Below are positions 41,982 to 57,375 of a DNA stretch of 64,000 bases, one piece after another. Both the position numbers and the translations under genes were made by a program. How positions within the stretch are numbered: the first letter of the stretch is position 1; each line of letters begins with the position of its first letter. Where the stretch lies: assembly GCA_964016885.1 (NCBI GenBank), contig OZ024752.1, positions 47,740,001 to 47,804,000 of the forward strand. The letters run 5' to 3'. This stretch comes from Eledone cirrhosa. Taxonomy: Eukaryota. The notes under the pieces are model-generated. The model did not search any database and was not told the DNA's origin. It saw only the letters and a program-made list of their open reading frames with translations.

Positions 41982-42330
41982 TGGAGGCACATGGCTTAGT
42001 GGTTAGAGCATTGGGCTTGCAATCGTAAGGTTGTGAGTTCAGTTCTCAGACCGGGTGATGTGTTGTTTCCTTGAGCAAGACACTTTATTTCACATTGCTC
42101 CAGTTTACTCAGCTGTAGAAATGAGATGATAGGGACTGGGGTCCCTATCATTCCACTGCAAAGTGGTCGTGGAGGTGCCACGGCAAAAAAGCACCCAGCA
42201 CTCACTGTAAATGAGGTTGGTGTTAGGAAGGGCATCCAGCTGTAGAAATCAAGCCAGCATCTGTTCCCGTCCCACCCTTGCAAGCAGGGAAAAGCGGACG
42301 TAAAATGAAATGATGATGAATGATGATGAT
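41982..42330 (+). mobile_element. Full-length CORE-SINE
   Basis: Near-identical to 23643-23990; (TA)n on both sides. Confidence 0.85.
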
Positions 42331-42598
42331 ATATATATATATCAGATTAGAGCAAACATCACGGGCGCTCTATCTCAAAATTATTTTTGAAAAGCATTAG
42401 AAATGCGCAACCGGTAAAACTTAAAACCAAAACTGAATACTAACCAATACTTATTACTAATTTTTACTTATTCCTAATTAAACTATTTTTCACTGGGAAC
42501 AATTTGTCAGCATTTTCTTTTCCTTTTACCAATATATATATATATATATATATACCATGATATTAAATAAATGGAAACTATATTTATAAAACCATATT

Positions 42599-42663
42599 TA
42601 TTTTATTATATATATTTCAAGCGCAACCAAGCAAACCTTGGTGCGCTTTCATCAGATAAAATA
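42599..42663 (-). ncRNA. Type I hammerhead ribozyme motif
   Basis: Reverse complement reads TATTTTAT-CTGATGA-AAGCGCACCAAG GTTTG CTTGGTTGCGCTT-GAAA-TATATA-TA-ATAAAATA. Stem II about 12 bp, stem I 8 bp, palindromic stem III. Confidence 0.85.
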
Positions 42664-42744
42664 CAAAGTTTGTTTTATAAATAAAGACGAACCCATGAAA
42701 ATCATACCTTATCGGTCGGAAATTCACTGGATATATATATATAT

Positions 42745-42850
42745 ATCATCATCATCATCATTTTATGTCTGCTTTTTTCTACTTGCAAGGGTGGGACAGG
42801 TCCTATTCAGCATAGCATCTCTCCACTTGTCACGGTCCTTCATCATATCT
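42745..42850 (-). mobile_element. RTE LINE 3' end fragment
   Basis: Reverse complement of the 48780-48880 segment. Confidence 0.65.
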
Positions 42851-44105
42851 CCCCCATATAACATCCACCTGCCACACTAGCATGGGTTAGACGGATTGTC
42901 CCATTTCAGGCAGGTTGGCTCAGGTGACTGTATCGTGCTTATACAGAACAGTTTCTGGCTATATATACACCCTTTGTTTGGCAAGTTTTTTTAGTTTTCT
43001 ATGACTAGATGCTATATCAGCCATCACTTATATATACAATGTGTTTCAGCAGTCCTTCTACCAAATATCACCCTTTAGCAGTCACCCTTTAGCAGTCACA
43101 TTACTCTATATATACTATTGTATTTTCATGGTAAAGGCTTTATCTCACATAATATCTCACACTCACATAACATTCACATTACTCTATATATACTATTGTA
43201 TTTTCATGGTAAAGGCTTTACCTCACATAATTATCTCACATAATATCGAATCTAGGAGATTTTGAAAGTATTTATTTTGAGAACAATACCTTAACATCAG
43301 TATGAGTGACCAGTTACAGCCAGTTTCAACAGAAAGAGGTAGAGAATTCTGGCCGGTTTTGGCCGGTTTGAACATTAAAGGGTTAAATATTGCCTAATTG
43401 GAGACTATAGTAGAAGACAAGATGTCACATAGCTTGACAGAACCGAAAACCATATTGGTGGAAAACGAAGTCCATAAAAACACCACCACCACCACCACCA
43501 CCACCACCACCATCACCACCACCATCACCACCACCATCACCACCATCACCACCATCACCACCACCACCACCATCGTTATGCAACAAAACCACCATCGCCA
43601 CTGCCACCACCACCACCATTACCACCACCACCTCCGTAAACCTTCACCACCACCACCACCATCAATACCAACAACACCAACGACAACATCACCACCACCA
43701 CCAGCAACACCACCACCACCATCATCACCATCAGCAACAATACCAACAACAAAACCACCAACACCGCCACCACCAACACCACCACCATCATCACCATCAG
43801 CAACAATACCAAAACCTCCACCACCTCCTCCACCACCACCACCACCACCACCACTGATATTAACAACAACAACAGCAATATGTAGGAGTCAACAAAACAT
43901 ATATCCAGAAGAAATAGATTCTCTTGTCCCCTATTATTAATGTCCTATCAGAGCTGCCATCTTGATAATCATAATAAATTTGGCACTGAAAAGTGGGGGT
44001 GGGAGGGGAGGGGAAGGGAGGAGGTGATGGGTGGGGAAATTGTGGGTTGAGAAAGATATAAGTATAAATATATATACATATATATATATATACACATACA
44101 CACAG

Positions 44106-44137
<32 letters not shown>

Positions 44138-44219
44138 ATATACACACAGATATATATATATATATACATATATATACACACACATATATATATATACATA
44201 TACACACATATATATATAC

Positions 44220-44252
<33 letters not shown>

Positions 44253-44574
44253 CACATATATATATATACACATATATATATATACACACATATATATACA
44301 CTCATTTATATATATATGTATATACACACACATATATACATATATATATATATAGAGAGAGAGAGAGAGGGAGAGAGAGAGACGGGGGGGGGGAGGTAGG
44401 GTAGCCAGAAAGTTACAGGGTGAGGAATGGGCAGAAGAAGAATAACAGGGGTTACCTAGTTCTGTTCCTCCTCCGCTTCCTTCCCCTCCCCCCTCTTCAT
44501 CCATAGTAAAATATATAGGAGACAGATGGAGGAAGCTGGACTGGAGGGGGTGGCAGAGGGGAGGAGGGGAATGG

Positions 44575-45080
<506 letters not shown>

Positions 45081-45344
45081 GTGGAGAGGGTGAGAGATGC
45101 TGGAGACATGACAGGGCAGAGGGGGGAGGGGTGTAAAGAAAGGTAAGGAAGAAACAATATAATAAAAGAGGGGTGGGTGGGGGAGAACGAAGAAAAAAAA
45201 CAAACATGAAGGAAGGAAGTAAGGAAGGAAGGAAGGAAGTAATAAAGAATGACAGACAAAGAAAGAAAGATAAGAAAGAAGGGAAGGATATCTAATGTAA
45301 TATGGAGCTAGATAAAAACCTGCATATTAGCTAAGCAACAAAAA

Positions 45345-47150
<1,806 letters not shown>

Positions 47151-47580
47151 TACATGCAATGGTGTGATGCAGTGTATGTATGAGAGCGTGTGTACGTGTG
47201 TGTGTGTGTATGTATTAAAAAATTTGATGTACATGCGGTGGTGTCATGGAGTGTGTGTGTGAGTGTGTGTGTATGTGTATATGTGTGTGTGATTTGATGT
47301 ACATGCGGTGGTGTGATGCAGCATATGTATGTGAGTGTGTGTGTATGAGTGCGTGTGTGTGTGGGTGTGTGATTTGATGTAAATGCGGTGGTGTGATGCA
47401 GCATATCTATGTGAGTGTGTGCATGTAAGTTGATGTGCAATGCACTGTATGTGTATGTGTGTGTGTGCATGTGGTGGTGCGTGTGCATGTGTGTGCATGT
47501 GCATGTGCATGTGGTGGTGTGTGTGCATGTGCATGTGGATGTGCATGTGTGGTGGTGTACTGCAGTGTATGTGCATGAGC

Positions 47581-47611
<31 letters not shown>

Positions 47612-48251
47612 AGTTGATGTACATGTGGTGGTGTGATGAAGTGCATGCATGTGATGTTGTGAGCACACTGGATGCATTTGAGGGCTGCATGTGTGTTGAT
47701 CTGGCCACCCCTGCATATAATATCTCGTGTTTATGAGAAAAAGTGTGTTGTGTAGATGTTAGTTTGGCATGATATATATAACAGGTGTAGGCATGGGTGA
47801 GGGATAAAGGAATCTTTTCTTTTTTGCAGTTGTATGGTTCCAGGTTCAGTCCTGCTGTGCAGCATCTCAGACAAGTACCTACTAGTTAAGGGTTGAGACA
47901 AGCTGGGTTAAAATGCACTTTGTACACTCTGTAATATGGTTGTCATTAGAAAGAGCATCCAGCCATTGAAGCAATGCAAAAATAAGGAACAAACGTATAT
48001 ATATATAAACATATGATAAACACTAATACAAGTATAAGTGTTTGTATTGCAAATGACCAAGTTAATTAGTATTTTTAATTAGTATTTTTCAATCTAGCTA
48101 ACTTGGTCATTTGCAATACAAACACTTATATACTTGTATTAGTGTTTATCATATATTCATTTGTATTACACGGCTCAGAAATATCTCTTTCTTTGAGCTA
48201 TTTAATTGTAAAAGACTGTTTGAGTTTATAACTCTATATATAGTATATATA

Positions 48252-48321
<70 letters not shown>

Positions 48322-48558
48322 TAACAGATTAAAGTTTAAGCAAAGAATCGGTGCTTTCACCCTTAATAAATATTTGCTCTACGGTTCTTATAAATTTGAT
48401 ATATATTTATCCTTATCGAGCCCTCTTTGGATTTTAGTCTTCAAATTTATTATTATTACTATATATATATATATATGCAAAAGTTTTATTTAAAATTGTT
48501 GGGGTACAACAAGTAAATATTTTATAACTGATATAAAGCACTCGACAAGTTTTATCTG

Positions 48559-48623
48559 TATTTTATCTGACGAAGGCATGCCATATTTTAATATGGTATC
48601 CCTGAAATATGTATAATGAAATA
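48559..48623 (+). ncRNA. Type I hammerhead ribozyme motif
   Basis: TATTTTAT-CTGACGA-AGGCATGCCATATT TT AATATGGTATCCCT-GAAA-TATGTA-TA-ATGAAATA. Stem I matches 20779 and 42599; stem II differs in sequence but still pairs. Confidence 0.8.
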
Positions 48624-48689
48624 AATATGGTTTTATAAATATAGTTTCCATTTGTTTAATATCGTATATATATATATATATATATATTC

Positions 48690-48881
48690 AGAACGAAGAT
48701 GCAGTAGAGGAAGACCATGGAAAACATGGGCTGAGGTGGTGAGAGCTGATCTCAGATCGCTGAAGCTCACGGAGGAGATGACGAAAGACCGTGACAAGTG
48801 GAGAGATACTGTGCTGAATAGGACCCATCCCACCCTTGCAAGCAGCAGGGAAAGGCGGACATAAAATGATGATGATGATGA

Positions 48882-48885
<4 letters not shown>
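48690..48885 (+). mobile_element. RTE-clade LINE 3' end (second family)
   Basis: RGRPWKTWAEVVRADL...DRDKWR; tail CCCACCCTTGCAAGCAGCAGGGAAAGGCGGACATAAAAT(GAT)n. Confidence 0.8.
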
Positions 48886-48910
<25 letters not shown>

Positions 48911-48916
<6 letters not shown>

Positions 48917-49074
48917 TTCAAAATATTAACAAAATAGATATTCTTGTGATCAATTATATTTTATTATACATATTTCAGATGTACTGAGTTAAGTTCAACA
49001 GTACCTCTGAAATATGTATAATAAAATATAATTGATCACAAGAATATCTATTTTGTTAATATTTTGAATTAATA
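48911..49074. repeat. Long inverted repeat containing a hammerhead 3' half
   Basis: Arms about 70 bp and near-perfect; contains CTGAAATATGTATAATAAAATA, matching the 3' half of the 48559 ribozyme. Confidence 0.75.
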
Positions 49075-49165
49075 TTAACAACTCTGGAAACCCTTTACTG
49101 TTGAGTGCTTCCAATCTATTGTAAAACTCATTCTTTGATGTATTCATTGAATCTTGTTTAACTTT

Positions 49166-49210
<45 letters not shown>

Positions 49211-50025
49211 CAAGGAAATGACAAAACAGAGATACAAAAAGTCTTAGTTTCATGCTTTATATGGAAAAGGGGAAAGAAAGTTCCACATGTCAGCCTTTAG
49301 CCCTTGTTCGGGAGTAAAAAAAATAGAGACAGGATCACAAAGGGTCAATATCTCTTTGCCTGTTATTCTGCTCAGTATATATACTCCTCCTTCAACCAAT
49401 ACATTAATCCTTTCAGTAACTTTCTTGTTGTTATCTCTTTTCCTTCTCTCTTTATTTGATGTCAAATGTGAAACCAGATCAACCAGCTAACACACCAGAT
49501 ATTATATATTAGAGAGACTGAAGTTTGACGGCCAAGAAGCTTGTGAATGATGGCTGGATTTATCATTATTTTACTGACGAGGATAGGACAAGACTTTTTG
49601 AGGCAGTATTTTTCTTTTATGGTTGGGTGCCCTTCCTTTATTATTTCCATACTGTAGGTATAGTTCATCAGCGAGAATTTTGTTTACGAGGGGTATAAAT
49701 AAATTTCACTACTTGCTTTGGATATGAAAACATTCAAACCATGTCTCATTGAGTGAGTAATGGAAGCAACTGAGAATATAGGGAAAATATTTCCTACAAC
49801 CTCATTACGATAAATATATATATTTGCTCTACATGTTTATATATACTTGCTCTAGATGTTTATATATATTTTATATGTATATACAATCTTTATCAAGCTC
49901 TGTCTGGATTTTGGACTTTGTATTTATTATCACTTTATATATGTTTATCCCGGGTTCAATTGGGGGTAACCACAGTAAGTAAGGTACTCAATACATAGCA
50001 GAGTATAAATATTTAATATAGAAAT

Positions 50026-50076
50026 GGCTTCTACAGGACTAGAACTGTTTCATTCGGGAGAAATCATCAGGAAGCC
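50026..50076 (-). ncRNA. Type I hammerhead ribozyme motif (family A)
   Basis: Reverse complement reads GGCTTC-CTGATGA-TTTCTCCCGAAT-GAAA-CAG TTCTAGTC CTG-TA-GAAGCC. Stem I 6 bp, GUA triplet, U-U pair at the base of stem II. Confidence 0.7.
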
Positions 50077-50168
50077 GACTGTCCAAATAATATGGTGGTA
50101 TTTGTACATTTTCTGGTGGTCCTACTACCAGAAAATGTATAAATACCACCATATTACTTGGACAGCCC

Positions 50169-50217
50169 GCTTCCTGATGTTTTCTCCTGAATGAAACAGT
50201 TCTAGTCCCGTAGAAGC
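50169..50217 (+). ncRNA. Mutated inverted copy of the family A hammerhead
   Basis: GCTTC-CTGATGT (core A to T)-TTTCTCCTGAAT-GAAA-CAG...CCG-TA-GAAGC; forms the right arm of the 50012-50232 palindrome. Confidence 0.5.
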
Positions 50218-50875
50218 CATTTCTATATTAAAATTATATATATATATATATATAAAGAAAAAAGATGAAATCGAAAATGCAACTAGAGTCTTATTTAAAA
50301 AAAATATATATATATTTATTTGGTTCCTTTACTGGTTTCGCAGTTCTTCTGCTTTTCAAAATAAGAGTTGAGATGGAGGGTCTGTGGTTTTTCTCACAAA
50401 TATATATATATTTTTAAAAATAAGACTCCAGTTGCATTTTTGATTTCATCTTTTTTTCTTTATACTTTCACTCGTGTAGGACACCTCGGTTATTTTTCAT
50501 TTTGTAAAAAAAACCTCACTTTCTAATATATATATTATTCTTATTTAGATAAAATAAGCCATATACTCATTGTATTCTCATTAAAAACCTTCTATATACT
50601 TGTTTACTAGCAAATTGAATTGCCATCTGTCATATACTATCCCTTCTCTTCTTCCTTTCTCACAACTAATATAAATACTTTGATTTTTCTGATTTTTTCC
50701 AATTTATCCAATATCTCTGAAGAAGTGACAACTAATTATACATTTGCTATCGAATACTTGCTAACATTATATGATTACGCAAGCAGCGATACATAGGTAT
50801 TCCGTCTGTTACAGAAACATATGTCAATACCTAATAAATTCCTTTATAAAAGCACTTTCATTTTATATTCATCTT

Positions 50876-50918
<43 letters not shown>

Positions 50919-50921
<3 letters not shown>

Positions 50922-51260
50922 AGGCACATGGCTTAGTGGTTAGAGCATTGGCCTTGCAATCGAAAGGTTGTGAGTTTAATTCTCAGACCGGGTGATGTGT
51001 TGTTTCCTTGAGCAAGACACTTTATTTCACATTGCTCCAGTTTACTCAGCTGTAGAAATGAGATGTTAGGGACTGGGGTCCCTATCATTCCACTGCAAAG
51101 TGGTCGTGGAGGTGCCACGGCAAAAAAGCACCCAGCACTCACTGTAAATGAGGTTGGTGTTAGGAAGGGCATCCAGCTGTAGAAATCAAGCCAGAATCAG
51201 TTCCCGTCCCACCCTTGCAAGCAGGGAAAAAGCGGACGTAAAATGAAATGATGATGATGA
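50919..51260 (+). mobile_element. Full-length CORE-SINE
   Basis: Near-identical to 23643-23990. Confidence 0.85.
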
Positions 51261-51865
51261 TACAATGGCCTTCTTTACATGTAACAAATCCTTTACAAGC
51301 TATTGGTTGGCTTGAAGAAGCATTTGTAGAAAAAGACACTTGCTCAAAGCACCACATAAAAGAATTGAATCAAGCATCACATAGTGAACTTCTAAACCAC
51401 ATAGCCATGCCAACACCTTTTTGTCTTTCTAACATTTATCAAATGTATAATGCTTGTATTAGTTTGTTGTCTTTTACTAGACAACCTCATTTATGTAAGT
51501 GCTTCTAATCCACGGTTCCAACTAAAGATTGGAAAGGAGCCACAGGTTATGTCAGACATCTATCCAGCCCGTTTAGTGTTTCATGCATGACTTACTCCTT
51601 ATCTAATCAATCTGCCATTTGTTGTGATCAAAGCAATGAACAGCTAAATATTACATCAATGAAAGTTTCAGCCATCAAATTTGTAAGCTCATAACTAGTT
51701 AGTAACATATAGGCAGGTAGCACATTTGCAATCAGCAGAAAATTGGCAGAATCGTTAAGTAAGGCATAGAATAAAATGCCTTGCAGTATTTGTTCTTTAT
51801 CTCTGCGCTTTGAGTTTAAATCCTGGCAAGGTTAACTATTTTCTTTTTATCGTTTCAAGGTTGAT

Positions 51866-52165
51866 TAACTCTTTAGCATTTAAACTGGCCATATCTGGCC
51901 AGAATTCTCTCACCTCTTTCTGTTCAAACTGGCCATAATAGGCTACTCATACTGACATTAAGGTATTGTTCTCAAAATAAATACTAACATCACCAAAATC
52001 CCATTAATTCGATATTATGTGAGATAAAGCCTTTACCATGAAAATACAATAGTATATATATATATAGAGTAATGTAAATGCTAAAGGTTTAAACCGGCCA
52101 TATCCAGCCAGAATTGTCTCACCTTTTTCTATTTACATACATCCTATTTACAATACCTTAATGTC
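51866..52165. mobile_element. Non-autonomous DNA transposon (MITE-like) fragments with TTAA-bounded end
   Basis: TTAACTCTTTAGCATTTAAACTGGCC...GCCAGAATTCTCTCACCTCT; homologous pieces at 43100-43386 (ending AAAGGGTTAA) and 59080-59145. Confidence 0.55.
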
Positions 52166-52539
52166 ATGATGATGATGATGATGATACATATAGAAATTCT
52201 TGATTATTTTCCAAAAATATTTTAAAATGTTAGACAGTCTCTTTCAAATATGGTAAAGAAACGGTGAAAATTGAAACAATGTCTAATAATCATGATGACG
52301 CTGGAGATGATAAAAATGATGATGAGGCTGAAGATGATGGAGTTGGAGATGAAAAAGATGATGATGATGATGAAGCTGGAGATGATAAAAACGGTGATGA
52401 TGAGGTTGGAGATGATAAAAATGATGATGATGACGCTGGAGATGATAAAATGATGATGATGATGATGCTGGAGATGATAAAAAGGATGATACCATGTGTT
52501 TTCTCATCTAAAGAGCCATGGTCAGATATATACACAAAA

Positions 52540-53130
52540 TAATTGTTTCTACTTTTGACACAAGGCCAGAAATTATTCCAGTGTATTACTGGTACTTTAT
52601 TTTATCAAACCCGTAAGGATGAAAGGCAAAGTTAACCTCGGTGGGATTTGAACTCAGAATGGCAAGGGCCGTAACTCTATGCGTCAAAGCATGGCGTCCG
52701 ACCCTCTACCGATACTGCCAATCCACCCCACAAAATAATTGTTTCTACATTTGGCACAAGGCCAGCAATTATCCCAGTGCATTACTGGTACTTTATTTTA
52801 TCGACCCCGTAAGGATGAAAGGCAAAGTTAACCTCGGCGGGATTTGAACTGAGTCCGTAAAGGGACGTAACTGTGCGTCAAAGCATGGCCCCCGACCCTC
52901 TACCAATACTGCCAAGCCACCCCACAAAATAATAATTGTTTCTACTATTGGCACAAGGCCAGAAATTACCCAGTACATTACTGGTACTTTATTTTATCGA
53001 CCCCGTAAGGATGAAAGGCAAAGTTAACCTCGGCGGGATTTGAACTCAGAATGGCAAGGGCCGTAACTCTATGCATCAAAGCATGGCGTCCGACCCTCTA
53101 CCGATACTGCCAATCCACCCCACAAAATAA
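52540..53130 (-). mobile_element. Three head-to-tail MetaSINE-like copies
   Basis: Units of about 195 bp joined by the same CCACCCCACAAAATAAT junction. Confidence 0.85.
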
Positions 53131-53653
53131 TAATGCCCTGTAAGTCATTAAGCTAACTTCTGATATTAGATCAGGTTGAGGACAGTTAAAATAATAACTA
53201 TTTATCCCTATATAATTTGGGAAGATGGATGATTGTATATAATAAATGAATAGAGAAATAAAGTTGATTAGTTTAATTTCTTTAAAACGGTAGTGGATGA
53301 GAGGGGGGGGGGGGCTAATTATGAATAGTTTTCAAGAGTTTAATGTCTAAAAAAAAAATAATGTTTTTTTTTTAAAAACAAAAAACTTTTTTCAACAAAA
53401 ATTTGTATTTAATTTACTTCATTTCCCCCACTGCTCCCTAAATTTCTCCAAATTTTATTCAACTGCAGTAAAGTTTGAATCTATGGTAATGATGGGGATG
53501 AGAAAAACAAAGAAATTATTTAAGAAACTAAAGATGATGTTGATGATGATGATGATGATGATGACCATCATAATTTCAACAATGCTTATTGTTAAATTTT
53601 TGACAATGAGGTTATTACAGTGAATCAGAGTAGTTTCATGAATTTCTTTGAGG

Positions 53654-53689
<36 letters not shown>

Positions 53690-53702
53690 TATATATATAT
53701 GT

Positions 53703-53761
<59 letters not shown>

Positions 53762-53768
53762 TATATGT

Positions 53769-53833
<65 letters not shown>

Positions 53834-53914
53834 TATGTATACACATATATATATATACATATATACATATATATACACATATATATATATGTATATACAT
53901 ACATATATATATAT

Positions 53915-53959
<45 letters not shown>

Positions 53960-53972
53960 TATATATATGTAT

Positions 53973-54005
<33 letters not shown>

Positions 54006-54401
54006 CACACACATATATATGTATATATATATATATGTATTTATATGTGTGTGTGTGTATATATATATATATAGAATTTGTTATAATTATTTTTATAAGT
54101 TTGTTAAAAGTGAATTTAAAAACTTAATAAATGACTAAACATTCTTATTAAATGTCCATTTGAGAGGTGTAGTAGCTGCATGGCAGGAGCTAAACAAGGG
54201 GCTATTTTCCTGTGAAATAGACTGAGACAGGTTGGAAGAGATAGGAAGAGATTTTGACTTAAGGAACACATGCTAGATACAAACACATACACACTATCTA
54301 TCTATCAATCTCTCTCTCTCTATATATATATAGACATACATATATTATATATATATATATACATATTATATATATATATATTATATATATATATATATAC
54401 A

Positions 54402-54461
<60 letters not shown>

Positions 54462-54526
54462 TATATTTATCCTTATCGAGCCCTCTTTGGATTTTAGTCT
54501 TCAAATTTATTATTATTACTATTATA

Positions 54527-54558
<32 letters not shown>

Positions 54559-54620
54559 CACATATATATGTATACACATATATATATACATATATACATA
54601 TTCACACATATATATATATA

Positions 54621-54682
<62 letters not shown>

Positions 54683-55479
54683 TAGAGAGAGGGAGAGAAA
54701 GAAAGGAAGTTTGTGTTGTTATTTATTTATATATTTGAAAAAAAAGAAAGGGATGAAATTACATTAAAAATGAAAATAAATTAAATATGGAGGTAAAATT
54801 GTGAGTTAATTCCAAGTCTACAAACTATTATATCAGAGAACAAGACAAATTCATATGAGATCTGTTCAGATTTTCTTTCAAATCATTTGACAAGCTTCAA
54901 TGAACAGTGACTAAATATTGACTGTAAATTTGACATGCAGGGAGACAACAGAGGATAATTATTCTCAAGCTGGCTGTTTGTGAATTAGTGTATCTATTGA
55001 CTGTTTATTTCTTCTTGCAAGAAGAGCTACAAAGTTGTAAGGAGTTGGTAGGTAGGGGCATTTAACTCTCTTGTTATCAATACATTTAATGAAATACAAT
55101 GAATTATGAAAACAATGAAACATTTGGAGGAAGTTTACAAAGTAGCTATGATATGTTCTCCATTATTTAGCTGGGGTTTGCAGCATTACTTAACAAAAAA
55201 GTCTTACATAAAATTATCTTTGAAGTTTTTAATTTAACCCTTTTAATACCAAGCCAGCCAAAACTGGCCCTGGTTCTATGAAGCAAAACTAACCATGGTT
55301 AATAATCTTGTGAATAGCCTAAAGAGATGCTTTTATTTCCATGTGTGTTGTTTTAAAACCTTGGATAGAGGCACAGTCAATATAATCAACTACAAACTCT
55401 TAAAACAGTGCTCCAGCATGACCGCCAACTAATAACTGAAACTAAGCAGTAAAAAGAATGAAATCACTCAATATCTATC

Positions 55480-55782
55480 AGTCTAAGTCTAAAGTCTGTC
55501 TTAAGCCAGAAGGCTCATTAGGCTGGTGTTTATTCCAGTTTCATGGCGTGAAGCAACTGAGAGTACAAGACTTCCCGCTGGATAGGACACCAATCCATCG
55601 CAGGGTTAAACCCCCCCCCCCCCCCAGCTATTGCTGGTACTCATTCTCAGCTGAGTATACTGGAGCAACGTGAAATGAAGTGTTTTGCTCAAGAACACAA
55701 CACGCAACCCAGCTCAGGAATCAAACCCACAACATTATGACCGTGAGTCCAACACCCTTACCACTAGATCACACGCCTCCAC
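55480..55782 (-). mobile_element. CORE-SINE of a third subfamily
   Basis: CAGCTGAGTATACTGGAGCAACGTGAAATGAAGTGTTTTGCTCAAG plus a tRNA-like head ending CACGCCTCC. Confidence 0.7.
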
Positions 55783-56083
55783 ATATCTACCAAGAAACTA
55801 TAAAATGTAGCCCTATAAGACAATAGAAATAAAAGAAAACTAAAAATAAATCTTTACCTATCAAGTGTAAAACAGGCAGAACCTGTTAATTATATTGTGT
55901 GGATCAATGAATTTGGCTATGAAGAATATTATAAAGGAAAAATAAAAGTTATTTCAGATTAAGGTTTTGCTTATCAAAGCTCATTCTCTGTTTTAAATTA
56001 TTTAATTATATGATTTGAAATCAAAAAGTATAAAAATAATAAAAAGTAAAATAAAATAAAATAAAATAGATAAAATCTAACAA

Positions 56084-56117
<34 letters not shown>

Positions 56118-56750
56118 TATATCTAAAAAGATAGGCAAAAAAGCACCATTGAAACTTTATCAATTACCTTAATAAATAACAATTTCTATTGTGGTTCCTT
56201 ATATTTTGGCTGTGTAATTGTTTCATTATCAATATCATCACTATTATTACAGGAATTATTATCATTATTATCCTCATCATCATTATTTCATAATCATTAA
56301 TATCATATTATTACTAATATTTTGAATATCATGATTCTCATCAATATTATCATCATCATCATCATTATCATCATTATTATTATTGTTAATATTAGCAGCT
56401 TCACATCACCTTCACCTCCCCAGCTCCACTCCCAGTCCTATCCCAATCACTAATTAATCTTCTAACTTTAAAGGAGTTCGTACCTAATTATATAAAATCA
56501 TTATCGTTATTAAAAATCCTCACAATACACATTTCTCATTCTTTTGTCTTACCACCGATTTATTAGCAAGCTTGTTTTTTTTATTTATGTGCCCCTCTCC
56601 TCTCTCTCTATATATATGTATATATATACATATATATATATACAAGCATATATACATAAATATATATATTACATATATATATACAAGCATATATACATAT
56701 ATATATATACAAGCATATATACATATATATACATATATATATATACAAGC

Positions 56751-56809
<59 letters not shown>

Positions 56810-56812
56810 AGC

Positions 56813-56843
<31 letters not shown>

Positions 56844-56848
56844 CAAGC

Positions 56849-56923
<75 letters not shown>

Positions 56924-56926
56924 AGC

Positions 56927-56968
<42 letters not shown>

Positions 56969-56970
56969 GC

Positions 56971-57001
<31 letters not shown>

Positions 57002-57084
57002 CACAAGCATATATACATATATATATACACAAGCATATATACATATATATATATATATATACAAGCATATATACATATATACAT

Positions 57085-57141
<57 letters not shown>

Positions 57142-57156
57142 TATATATATATATAG

Positions 57157-57195
<39 letters not shown>

Positions 57196-57325
57196 TTTTA
57201 TATATATATATATACTCTCGCACACACACATATATATATATGCATACATATATACACACATATGTATATATATATATACATACATACATATATACATACA
57301 TACATATGCATGCATATATTTTACA

Positions 57326-57375
<50 letters not shown>

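Larger units (their letters stand above)
49945..50232. mobile_element. Family A pLTR with a ~220 bp palindrome carrying two opposed hammerheads
   Basis: Near-perfect inverted repeat 50012-50232 centred at TTCTGGTGGTCCTACTACCAGAA. Confidence 0.7.

Noticed and set aside
43398-43940. Pro/Thr-rich mucin-like ORF starting METIVEDK
   Set aside because: Mostly (CAC)n repeat, starts at TTG, and has no supporting splice or homology evidence.
49250-49465. 71-aa minus-strand ORF in unique sequence
   Set aside because: No recognisable motif or clear splice boundaries.
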